NCBI GenBank assembly: GCA_964589445.1
Contig: CAZPQX010000005.1
Location: 1 to 55,721, forward strand
DNA: 55,721 nucleotides
Source of the DNA: an uncultured Candidatus Saccharibacteria bacterium
GTDB taxonomy: Bacteria; Patescibacteriota; Minisyncoccia; Phycocordibacterales; WO2-35-19
Direction of reading: 5' to 3'
The notes below the pieces were generated by a model that was not told the origin of the DNA, did not search any database, and worked only from the letters and a program-made list of their open reading frames with translations. The position numbers and the translations under genes were made by a program. Below are positions 9,245 to 17,619 of this stretch, piece by piece; within the stretch, counting starts at the first letter, position 1, and every line of letters starts with the position of its first letter.

Positions 9245-9316
9245 ATTGTAACGGTCTTACACTACTATAATTATATTGTTTTTGCAATTGGATATCTAAA
9301 CCAGTTGCTTTACTCC

Positions 9317-9862
9317 TTAAATCTTTTTGACTTGCAGGAAGTCGAGCTCTACTGGTGTTTCCCTACCAAACATAGCCACGAGCACCTTCACCTTACCCCT
9401 ATTTTCGTCCACTTCACCCACCTTGCCTTCCAAATCCTTAAATGGACCGTCTGCAATCTTTACAGCATCATCAACAGAGAGGTCGATATTGTGCTTTACC
9501 TTATCAGAATTCATCCTTGAGAAGAGCTCGTCAACCTCTTTTTGATCTAGAGGCACTGGGAATACTCCCGAGCCAACGAAGCCAGTCACACGAGGAGTAT
9601 TCCTCACTACATACCAAGAATCATCAGTCACTATCATGTCTACCAAGATATAACCAGGATAGATTTTTTCTTCCTCTTCTATTCTTTTATTGCCCTTCAC
9701 CTTTATTTTCTTTTCGGTGGGTACTATAACGTTAAAAATTTTATCCTCCATTCCCAAAGACTCAATCCTCTGCTTCAAGTTCCTCATCACTGTATTTTCG
9801 TAGCCAGAATAGGTATGTATAGCATACCAGTTCCTACCTTTTTGTATTTGTTGTTTAGACAT
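9317..9862 (-). CDS. nusG: Transcription termination/antitermination factor NusG
   Basis: NGN domain (NWYAIHTYSGYENTV) plus a C-terminal KOW (VKIADGPFKDLEGKV). Sits in secE-nusG-rplK synteny. Confidence 0.95.
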   Translation of the reverse strand: MSKQQIQKGRNWYAIHTYSGYENTVMRNLKQRIESLGMEDKIFNVIVPTEKKIKVKGNKRIEEEEKIYPGYILVDMIVTDDSWYVVRNTPRVTGFVGSGVFPVPLDQKEVDELFSRMNSDKVKHNIDLSVDDAVKIADGPFKDLEGKVGEVDENRGKVKVLVAMFGRETPVELDFLQVKKI

Positions 9863-9882
9863 GTACTTTTATAAGTTTTAGA

Positions 9883-10059
9883 TTAAATAAACAAATTTAG
9901 AAGTCTTGAAAAGACGAGGTCAAATAGTCCCAAGAACAAAGAAACAAAAACTGACACGACTACCACCACAACAGAAAAAATAATTGACTGCCTTTTTGTA
10001 GGCCAATTTACGTGGCTAAGTTCACCCTGAGTCTCCTTTAAATAGTTAATCAATCCCAT
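9883..10059 (-). CDS. secE: Preprotein translocase subunit SecE
   Basis: Not in the ORF track (58 aa). Hand translation gives MGLINYLKETQGELSHVNWPTKRQSIIFSVVVVVVSVFVSLFLGLFDLVFSRLLNLFI. It has the SecE-type E.K+V.WP motif and a single TM, and lies directly upstream of nusG. Confidence 0.8.
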   Translation of the reverse strand: MGLINYLKETQGELSHVNWPTKRQSIIFSVVVVVVSVFVSLFLGLFDLVFSRLLNLFI

Positions 10060-10147
10060 ATATTTTAATTATATCAAAAAACCCCTTTCGGGGTTTTTCT
10101 ATTAAATTGTTGACCTTATTATACAGGAAAGAAATCCCTTGTCAAAC

Positions 10148-10963
10148 CTATTTAAGCTCATAAGTAATGCTTATATCAGCAGTGATTTTAGACTCACCTT
10201 CAGGAAGGATAGCCTTCGCAGGAGCCGCAGACATAGATCTCATATCACCACCCATACCCTCAGCGTAATAAGGCATAGGCATACTTGTATTGTCGTTGAA
10301 ATACATGATTTTACCGAGGCGCACTCCAAGCTGTTTTGCTAGTACCTTAGCCTGTTCCTTAGCTTTGTTTATAGCCTCTTCACGAGCCTGTGCCACAAAC
10401 TCTTCTCTGTTGTCGACAGTAAACTGTAGGCTACCGATATTGCTTACATCAGCTGCACCAACCTTGGTGACAAGGTCAGCAGCCTTTTCTATTTCCCTTA
10501 CTTTCACCTCTATAGTCTGACTTACTTCGTAGCCATTTAATACATTTTTACCAGAAGGACAAACGACCCCAACTACCTGCACACAGTAAGCCTGCTCCCA
10601 TTCATACTTTGGATAAACATTATAGCTTATTGTCTTTATGTCCTTATCCTCGACACCAGCTTCCTTTACAGCAGCAAGACCTTTTTCTATTTTCTGGTCA
10701 AGTTTTTGCTGTGCTTCTGCCACCGTATTTGCAAGCTCTGTCACAGAAAAGCTAAAAGAAGCTACATCAGGTATAGCATAGGCCTCACCCTTACCATTTA
10801 CAGTTATAGTAGACTGAGGATAGACTTCATCCCCTGCTCCAGGAAGTCTCTTGAGATCAGTTATTATTTTTACCAAAAGAAACGCAACGAAAAACATAAG
10901 GGAAAAAGAAACCCACTTTGCGATTCTCTTTCCCTCTCCCTGTCCAAAAAATTGATCAAGCAT
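10148..10963 (-). CDS. SIMPL/DUF541-domain periplasmic protein
   Basis: N-terminal TM, then ITVNGKGEAYAIPDVASFSFSVTE... typical of SIMPL (YggE-like) proteins. The start was chosen at MLDQFF; the track ORF extends to 11002. Confidence 0.75.
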   Translation of the reverse strand: MLDQFFGQGEGKRIAKWVSFSLMFFVAFLLVKIITDLKRLPGAGDEVYPQSTITVNGKGEAYAIPDVASFSFSVTELANTVAEAQQKLDQKIEKGLAAVKEAGVEDKDIKTISYNVYPKYEWEQAYCVQVVGVVCPSGKNVLNGYEVSQTIEVKVREIEKAADLVTKVGAADVSNIGSLQFTVDNREEFVAQAREEAINKAKEQAKVLAKQLGVRLGKIMYFNDNTSMPMPYYAEGMGGDMRSMSAAPAKAILPEGESKITADISITYELK

Positions 10964-10995
10964 GTTTAGTAAATTAGCTTTTAACAAAAGTAATT

Positions 10996-11823
10996 TTAAC
11001 ACAAATCAAGTAAGTTCTCAAAAAGGCAAGCGACAGTAAGCGGCCCCACCCCACCTGGCACAGGAGTGATGGAGGTGACAATAGGCTCGACTTCGTCAAA
11101 AGCCACATCGCCCACTAGTTTTGTTTTTCCTGACTCTCCAATAGACACTTTATTGATCCCTACATCAACCACCACTTGCCGGGAATTTACATAATCTTTG
11201 GTGACCAAACCAGGCTGCCCGGCCGCAGAAATCACGATATCTGCTCCACTACAGATTTGAGTAGTGTTTATAGTTTCTCGGTGGCAAACTGTCACCTCCG
11301 CCCCAGATCGCCTCAAAGAGTTAGCTATAGGTCCACCAGCTAGCCTAGACCTGCCTATTACCACTGCTTTTTTACCCTTTATTTCTATTTTATGAAAGTC
11401 TAAAAGAGCCATCACCGCGCGTGCAGTAGCTGGGGTCACAACGGTCTCACCTTCTGCACCCGACCCCACTAAACCATCGGCATCTTTATTTTTAGATATG
11501 CTTTCTAATAACTTTTCTGTATTAAAACCATACGGAAGTGGCAACTGCACTATGATCCCATTCACATTTTGATCTTCGTTTAATTTTTGGATTTCTTCAA
11601 TCAACTTGCCTTCTTCTATAGCCACATCAAACTTTTTGAGCACCACCCCCACTCCCACCTCCTCGCCAAACGTTATCTTATTTCTTATATAAATATTTGA
11701 GTCGGGCCTGTCTCCGACCTGCACGATAGCCAAAACAGGCTTTTTCTCTAAGCCTGTAATCCTTTTTATCAAATCCGCCTTTATTTTCTCCCTCACCGGA
11801 GCGCCATACAAAATCTCTGCCAT
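10996..11823 (-). CDS. folD: Bifunctional methylenetetrahydrofolate dehydrogenase/cyclohydrolase
   Basis: MAEILYGAPVREKIK..., VQVGDRPDSNIYIRNK, GIIVQLPLP and PVPGGVGPLTVA. The start was set at the internal ATG (11823) that matches FolD N-termini. Confidence 0.92.
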   Translation of the reverse strand: MAEILYGAPVREKIKADLIKRITGLEKKPVLAIVQVGDRPDSNIYIRNKITFGEEVGVGVVLKKFDVAIEEGKLIEEIQKLNEDQNVNGIIVQLPLPYGFNTEKLLESISKNKDADGLVGSGAEGETVVTPATARAVMALLDFHKIEIKGKKAVVIGRSRLAGGPIANSLRRSGAEVTVCHRETINTTQICSGADIVISAAGQPGLVTKDYVNSRQVVVDVGINKVSIGESGKTKLVGDVAFDEVEPIVTSITPVPGGVGPLTVACLFENLLDLC

Positions 11824-11883
11824 GCCCGAAACTATATCATGTTTACTGTCAAATCTTAAAATAAAATATGCTATCCTTTTATC

Positions 11884-12465
11884 ATGGGAAATAATGGTAA
11901 ATGGCAAAAGCTGAGAGAAGTAATCTTTGTATTTTTCATTCTTGCGATTATCGCAGCGCTGATTGTTTACTATATTTTTAAAGACAATATCTCGCTGGAG
12001 GAATTCCGTTCTGTGATAGACAGTTTTGGCATTTGGGCTCCCTTAGTATTTATTCTGCTATTCGTAGCCGGCTCAATGTTTATACCCTCTACCCCATTCA
12101 TGGCCGCAGCCGGAATATTTTTTGGTTTTAAATACGGAATTATTTACACCACCATAGGCGGTATACTGAGTGCAGTACTTATGTTTTTTATATCTAGAAA
12201 ATTAGGCAGACACTGGGTAGAAGGTGTTTTGCAAAAGAGTTATATGAAAAAACTCGACGACTACAACAAACGCCTAGAAGATGGTGGCGCCATTTGGGAC
12301 ATAATGATTTTACGCATCATGCCAATGCCTTTCAATGTATTAAATATTTTAATGGGTGTTTCTAGGATAAGTGCACAGGAATACATAATAGGAACAATCT
12401 TCGGACTTATACCCAGCAACATAATTGTTGTTTACGCCGGGACTTTTATAGCAAAAATATTTTAA
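11884..12465 (+). CDS. TVP38/TMEM64 (DedA/SNARE-associated) family membrane protein
   Basis: 193 aa, multi-TM, with family-typical segments (PSTPFMAAAGIFFG, LRIMPMPFNVLNILMGVSRIS). Confidence 0.75.
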   Translation: MGNNGKWQKLREVIFVFFILAIIAALIVYYIFKDNISLEEFRSVIDSFGIWAPLVFILLFVAGSMFIPSTPFMAAAGIFFGFKYGIIYTTIGGILSAVLMFFISRKLGRHWVEGVLQKSYMKKLDDYNKRLEDGGAIWDIMILRIMPMPFNVLNILMGVSRISAQEYIIGTIFGLIPSNIIVVYAGTFIAKIF

Positions 12466-12467
12466 TC

Positions 12468-12845
12468 CTAGTTTTTGCTATCCCCTAAAATTCTTTCTAT
12501 ATCTTGTACGATAGACTCGAGACTTTCATCAGACTTGATAACATACCCGACTGCCCCCATAGCCATCACATCACTGATTTTCTTTACACTTGAAAGATTG
12601 GAAGAAACCAGCACAGGAACTTTTGGTAAATTTTCTGATTCGTTTAGTTTTTTAAGAAATGCACCTCCGTCAACTTTTGGCATCATAAGGTCAAGCACCA
12701 CAAGATCTGGTTTTTCATCTTTTAGTTTCTGGAGTCCTACCTCACCGTCTTCTGCTTGTACTAGAGTGTACTTTTCTTTAGGAAGAGCAGCTTCTAGAGT
12801 TTTACAAAAAAACTGATCGTCATCTATAACCAAAATCTTTTTCAT
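12468..12845 (-). CDS. Single-domain response regulator (CheY-like receiver)
   Basis: ILVIDDD, DLVVLDLMMPKVDG and a conserved Lys region. No output domain. Confidence 0.9.
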   Translation of the reverse strand: MKKILVIDDDQFFCKTLEAALPKEKYTLVQAEDGEVGLQKLKDEKPDLVVLDLMMPKVDGGAFLKKLNESENLPKVPVLVSSNLSSVKKISDVMAMGAVGYVIKSDESLESIVQDIERILGDSKN

Positions 12846-12929
12846 AATATACGAAATAACGAATAAATTAACGAATGGTTACAAATTTAACAGAGCAAAA
12901 TAACCTAATCGCTAATATCCATTTTAGCA

Positions 12930-14690
12930 CTAACTTAAAGGGATAGTAAAGAAAAAGCTACTACCTTTACCCTCTTTAGATACAGCTCCCACTTTGCCAT
13001 TATGCGCTTCAGTTATACCTTTAGCTATCACGAGCCCTAGGCCGGTACCCTTTTCGTCTTTATTTACAGGAGATATTTTAGCCTGCTTGTATGTATGGAA
13101 GAGTTCTTTAAGGTTTTTGTCGGGTATACCCATACCAGTATCGGTCACCACAACACACAAAGTTTTTTTGTCTAAAGAAATATCGTTTTTTAATGGAAAA
13201 GATGGGTATTTGGTAGCATCAATGGTTGGCCAATAGCTATCAGCTCCCGCTACAAAAGCAGAGACGATCACAGATCCTCCGGCAGAGGTAAACTTCAAAG
13301 CATTGGATATGAAATTATTTAACACCTGTTTTAATGCCTGAGGATCAAAATCAGCAAACTCAGGCAAATTTTTATCAAAATATTTATCCATTAAAACCTT
13401 CCTCGAGTCAGCAGATATTTTATAAAAAGCTATCCTGTTGTCTATAATATCTTTTATACTTGATTTCTCTTTTTGAATTTCAAACTTACCGGCCTGAAGT
13501 TTAGAAAGGTCGAGTATATCATTTACGAGTTCCAGCATTGAAGCCGAGCTCTGATGGGCCATCTTTAGGTATTCATTAAACTGAGGTGAGCTTGCCACGA
13601 TATTGCCAGAGAAAATAAGTTCCATTATTTTCTTTATACCATCGAGTGGTGAGCGTAGCTCGTGCACTATCATTGAAGTAAATTCCTCCCTCACCCTCTC
13701 GAGCTCTATATCTTTGCTTATATCATGGAACACAACTACCCCGCCCAAATTCTTCTCTCCACCCCTTAGTGTGGGGTGAGAAACTGGATAAACTCCGATT
13801 TCAAAAAATGTATCATTTATATTTATTCTCTCAGATATAAAAGAAATTTTTTTGACAATAGCCTCTTTTAGTTTGCCGTGCACATCAAACTTGCCTCCTA
13901 AAGCATGCACAAAATTAAATATATCTATCTCCTCACCTTTTTTCTCTGTGTAATTTATTATCCTTCTAACAGAAGGGTTAGCTACTATGACCCTGTATTC
14001 ACTATCCACCATCAAAATACCGTCCCCCATACTGAGCACCATGGCATTTAGTTTTCCCTTTTCCATATCCACCACTTCCTGAAGCCTTGATACGGCTTTT
14101 GAAGCTTGCCCTGTTATTTTGTACAAAATATTCATATCTGCCTCTTTGTACAAACCTTCCTTTGAGTGAGCAACAGTAAGGACACCCGCGACAGAGCCGC
14201 TAATAACAAGTGGGATATTGAAAAGAGAGCCGACTTTTTTAGGAGACTCAGGTAAAAGTATCGCTCCAGAAACCATTTCATCCACCATCGAATCTGTAAA
14301 CTTTTTGTCTGTTATAGCAGAGAGAGAACTTATCATCTTTTCCTTTAGGTCCTGCATAAAAATATCCCCTACCGACTCCTCGACGTGTGTTTTTATTTTT
14401 AGCTTTTCAGGGACGATGACTGCGTAAGACACTGCACTATATTCGATAAACTGCCTTAGCGACCCTGTTATGATCTGCAATATTTCTTCAACATCAAGAG
14501 AATAGCCGGTCCTTTCACCGATTTCTTTAAGTATTGCGAGTTCGTATAGTCTACGTCCTGACTCCTCCCTCTCCTTTTCAATCTCATCTTCAACTTTCTT
14601 GAGAGAAGATTTGGTATTGATGGCAAAAAGAAAAGAAGAAATAAAAAGAAAGAAAAACAATACAGCGCCTAATATAAGCGCCAAATCCAT
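12930..14690 (-). CDS. Sensor histidine kinase (TM-GAF-PAS-HisKA-HATPase)
   Basis: H-box FTSMIVHELRSPL, N-box NFISNALKF, and G-boxes DTGMGIP / GTGLGLVIAKG. Confidence 0.9.
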   Translation of the reverse strand: MDLALILGAVLFFFLFISSFLFAINTKSSLKKVEDEIEKEREESGRRLYELAILKEIGERTGYSLDVEEILQIITGSLRQFIEYSAVSYAVIVPEKLKIKTHVEESVGDIFMQDLKEKMISSLSAITDKKFTDSMVDEMVSGAILLPESPKKVGSLFNIPLVISGSVAGVLTVAHSKEGLYKEADMNILYKITGQASKAVSRLQEVVDMEKGKLNAMVLSMGDGILMVDSEYRVIVANPSVRRIINYTEKKGEEIDIFNFVHALGGKFDVHGKLKEAIVKKISFISERININDTFFEIGVYPVSHPTLRGGEKNLGGVVVFHDISKDIELERVREEFTSMIVHELRSPLDGIKKIMELIFSGNIVASSPQFNEYLKMAHQSSASMLELVNDILDLSKLQAGKFEIQKEKSSIKDIIDNRIAFYKISADSRKVLMDKYFDKNLPEFADFDPQALKQVLNNFISNALKFTSAGGSVIVSAFVAGADSYWPTIDATKYPSFPLKNDISLDKKTLCVVVTDTGMGIPDKNLKELFHTYKQAKISPVNKDEKGTGLGLVIAKGITEAHNGKVGAVSKEGKGSSFFFTIPLS

Positions 14691-14691
14691 A

Positions 14692-15093
14692 TTAAGTAGT
14701 CATTATACCCTTCAGAAGCTTGTTTGCTCCGACCACCATCAATATATATCCTGTAGCAAAAAGGGCTGTATTTATAACTCCAAACCAAGCGTCTGGGAAC
14801 CAGTTTTCCAAAAATATCGAAACACTACCAAGGACAACAAAGACCATTCCTCCGGCTATGAAGTTCAAAACAGATCCAAAGAGCCCTCCACCCATCCTAG
14901 AAGCTGCTCTAAACACAAAAAAGGTAGCGACTACACCTATGACAATAGATAGAAGCAGAGAGAAGTCACCTGCAAATATAGAAGCATAAATTATACCGTC
15001 TCCAGAGGCTGCATTTTCTCTACTTTGAGCAATTACAGCTATAGGAAAGAGGTAGGGCGTAATAAATGTTGCTAAAAACTTTAGATTTTTCAT
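14692..15093 (-). CDS. Membrane protein, unknown function
   Basis: 133 aa with a signal-like N-terminus and 3 hydrophobic helices. Abuts the kinase gene (1-nt gap). Confidence 0.55.
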   Translation of the reverse strand: MKNLKFLATFITPYLFPIAVIAQSRENAASGDGIIYASIFAGDFSLLLSIVIGVVATFFVFRAASRMGGGLFGSVLNFIAGGMVFVVLGSVSIFLENWFPDAWFGVINTALFATGYILMVVGANKLLKGIMTT

Positions 15094-15094
15094 C

Positions 15095-15370
15095 TTATTT
15101 TATGTCAGTTTTAATAGAAGGATATTTTTGGAATATCGAATTTACAGCATTTTTAACTATCTCACCGGAAAGAGAGACGTATTCATCTATGAGTTTTTGA
15201 AGGACGACCTGCTCATTGCCACCTACTTCAGTCACTACACCACTATCATTTACTTGAAGCCCTGGGACATTCCTAGCCTTCAAGACAGCTATCTGAGGAC
15301 CTAGTATAACAACCTGCTTCTGGATTATTTCGGTGAGCATTGACTTGTAGTCTTCGTGTGATGGTTCCAT
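15095..15370 (-). CDS. Hypothetical protein
   Basis: 91-aa ORF in an operon-like arrangement (1-nt gap to the next gene). No motif recognised. Confidence 0.45.
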   Translation of the reverse strand: MEPSHEDYKSMLTEIIQKQVVILGPQIAVLKARNVPGLQVNDSGVVTEVGGNEQVVLQKLIDEYVSLSGEIVKNAVNSIFQKYPSIKTDIK

Positions 15371-15437
15371 ATTTTATCAGTTATTTGTTTAAAAAAATTG
15401 TAACACAAAAAAATAAAGCTAAATCTTATATTGTGGA

Positions 15438-15872
15438 TTATTTAATAGGCTTAAGATTTGAAGCCATTCCGATTGCTGTAGCTATAATGACCAAATTTTT
15501 GATTATATATTGCCCTTCAAGAGTGGGTATCAAAAAACCATTCCATGTTTCTGAAGTAAGAAGAAAGAGAGGCCCGGCGGTAGTTATCATATGAATAAAA
15601 AGAAGAGGTATAACAACCCTTTCAGTTTTTGGGATAATAAATAAAACACCTATGAGACACTCAAAAAGCCCGAAAAGAATAATGAAACTAGAAAATTCTA
15701 TTATTGGAATTGTCCTCTCAAATAAATTTTGGACCAACCCACTCGCTGGGCTCTCGCCTATAACCTTAAGAAAACCAAACCAGAAAAATACGATAAATAA
15801 GGCAAACCGGGCAAACGGCACAAACATTTTTCTACAAAATGCGATTATCTTTAAATCTATATTAGAAAGCAT
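15438..15872 (-). CDS. DoxX-like small membrane protein
   Basis: 144 aa with 4 TM helices. The family call is tentative. Confidence 0.45.
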   Translation of the reverse strand: MLSNIDLKIIAFCRKMFVPFARFALFIVFFWFGFLKVIGESPASGLVQNLFERTIPIIEFSSFIILFGLFECLIGVLFIIPKTERVVIPLLFIHMITTAGPLFLLTSETWNGFLIPTLEGQYIIKNLVIIATAIGMASNLKPIK

Positions 15873-15904
15873 TCTTAGATTATAAGATATTTATAAACAA
15901 TAAA

Positions 15905-17071
15905 TCAATGAGAGTGCATGTGCCCAGAAATATTTTCTATTCTTTTTTCTTGTTCCTCAACGACAGAAATATCTAGATTATTGGTATTATCTTTTTTAAG
16001 CATAGCTACGGCTACGATAGTCGTGATCGGCACAGTAAATATAAGCCCAATGCTCCCCACCATCGTCCTCACTATCTCTGTGGCAAATATTTCCCTGTTT
16101 AAAGTTACCAAATAGTGTTCACTTGCAGATTGATAAAAAAGAAGGAGGAGTGGCAGCGAGGTGCCCACATAAGCAATAGCCAAAGTATCCACGAGAGCAC
16201 CGATGTGCTCCCTGCCCATCCTCATAGCTCGCTCATAAATTTTCTTTTTACTTACATTTGGAGCTATATGTGAAAGCTCTTCGACGGCTACGGCTTGACC
16301 TATAGCCGCATCATATAAGGCACCGAGAAGGCCTATCATTATCCCCCCAAAAAGTAGACCTACTATATCTATTTGCCCTCCAGAATTAAAGGTTAGATAA
16401 ATCGCCTCTTCAGATTCATATCCTGTAAGATGAGTTGCTTTAACTACAAAAAAAGCGAGGAGTCCCGTCACCAACACAGTAGTGACCATACCTACCACAG
16501 CGGCTGATGTCACCTTATTAAAACCATGAGTCACATAAGAACCAAATATTATTATGAATGAAGAAACAGCTATAGTAAGAGAGATAGGAGAATATCCCTT
16601 GAGAATACCTGGTAAAAGCACGAAAATTATAAGTACAAAACTTCCTATTAAACTAAGGAGTCCTCTTATACCCTGAGACCTACCAAAAACCACTACGAGA
16701 CCTACAAAAAGTAATACCAAAAAAATTAGTGGCGGCAATCTGTACTTTTCTTGCACCCCAAAATACTCGCTGCCATCCTGCCAGTCTACAGTATGCAAAA
16801 CATAAAATTTCTCCCCTACTTTTAGATTTAGATAATCATCTTGTATCTCAACTACTCTCCCTACTATTTCCCCTTCGAGGATTTCTGCTTTTATAGTTTG
16901 ATAAACTACTTCTCTTTCCGTTCCAGGAATATTTCTCTCTTCTTCGGAGACTATCTCGACTACCTTAGCTAACACCACTTCTTGTTTGTCTTGAACTAGC
17001 TCATTTGTCTGCGCATACAAAAAAGACGGAGCGAGCACCAAAAAACTCAAAACAATAGCCATTTTTTTCAT
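15905..17071 (-). CDS. YibE/F-family membrane protein
   Basis: Signal peptide, an extracytoplasmic domain, then a polytopic region with YDAAIGQAVAVEEL and GREHIGALVDTLAIAYVG, typical of YibE/F. The start was set at MKKMAIV; the track ORF starts at 17089. Confidence 0.6.
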   Translation of the reverse strand: MKKMAIVLSFLVLAPSFLYAQTNELVQDKQEVVLAKVVEIVSEEERNIPGTEREVVYQTIKAEILEGEIVGRVVEIQDDYLNLKVGEKFYVLHTVDWQDGSEYFGVQEKYRLPPLIFLVLLFVGLVVVFGRSQGIRGLLSLIGSFVLIIFVLLPGILKGYSPISLTIAVSSFIIIFGSYVTHGFNKVTSAAVVGMVTTVLVTGLLAFFVVKATHLTGYESEEAIYLTFNSGGQIDIVGLLFGGIMIGLLGALYDAAIGQAVAVEELSHIAPNVSKKKIYERAMRMGREHIGALVDTLAIAYVGTSLPLLLLFYQSASEHYLVTLNREIFATEIVRTMVGSIGLIFTVPITTIVAVAMLKKDNTNNLDISVVEEQEKRIENISGHMHSH

Positions 17072-17230
17072 ACAAAAAATATACCACATACCGAAACCCT
17101 TTTTACATTTTTATAAAAAAGAACTCGGCGCCCCACGAGTATTTTTAAAATCAAATGTCTTAAATTTCTTGCCCTTCGCTTTGCCGAGGACACTGAAATT
17201 TTATAATCGCTTCGCTCATTAAAATTTCGT

Positions 17231-17249
17231 GGGTGATACATGGGAGTTG
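17231..17249. repeat. attL core (orphan tRNA-His 3' fragment)
   Basis: GGGTGATACATGGGAGTTG, identical to 29631-29649. Confidence 0.8.
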
Positions 17250-17489
17250 GTCACAGATAATTTATTCGCTTTGCTCATAAATTTCCGCGACCCCGCCTCC
17301 TTCATTACATTCAGTCCGGCTTTCAACATCCCATGTATCTACTCCAAAAATATACTCACAAAATGCTACTCATTTTGTTCTTTATTTTTGGGTGCCGTCG
17401 TAGAGGAAGTTAGAACTATATTTGAGAAAAGGAATGATGCGACGATCTACATTCCTGACATGCAAAGTATAGCAGTTCTTGGGTAATTT
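17250..17489 (+). other. Open reading frame in phase with the recombinase ORF across the att core (possible alternative recombinase C-terminus in the excised form)
   Basis: 79 stop-free codons follow the attL core in exactly the codon phase in which the recombinase reads the attR core. There is no internal ATG until near the end. Confidence 0.35.
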
Positions 17490-17524
17490 TGGCTCTTTTT
17501 GGCTCTTAATGGCCTAGGAGCGGT

Positions 17525-17580
17525 TAGGGGAAATCAGCGAGTTTAGGGCGGGTTTAGGGCGAAATAGGGCAATTTAGGGC
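17525..17580. repeat. Iteron-like phased TAGGG(C) repeats
   Basis: TAGGG starts at 17525, 17544, 17555, 17565 and 17575 (spacing 19, 11, 10, 10). Preceded by tandem TTTTGGCTCT x2 (17487-17506). Confidence 0.5.
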
Positions 17581-17619
17581 AAATAAGTGCAAAAAAGAAC
17601 GCTTATCTATTGGTTTCGC

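Noticed and set aside
10060-10100. TATAAT box 8 nt upstream of the secE ATG, suggesting a leaderless secE mRNA
   Set aside because: It is plausible but rests on a single hexamer immediately after the terminator of the upstream gene. Without transcript-end data it cannot be told apart from read-through or another start site.
12846-12929. ACGAA/TAACGAAT direct repeats between the kinase and response-regulator genes as a regulator binding site
   Set aside because: The repeats are very short, in AT-rich spacer DNA where they are expected by chance. The adjacent response regulator has no DNA-binding domain.
17229-17486. The 85-aa ORF at the left end of the element as an independent gene
   Set aside because: It starts with GTG inside the tRNA-derived att core, has no RBS, and has no internal ATG until its last residues. 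It is better explained as the out-of-context continuation of the recombinase frame (see findings).
17487-17585. Short tandem repeats as a possible CRISPR array
   Set aside because: The repeat units are only 6-10 bp with 10-11 bp periodicity, with no 25-40 bp repeats or spacers and no cas genes. The pattern fits iterons or protein-binding sites, not CRISPR.
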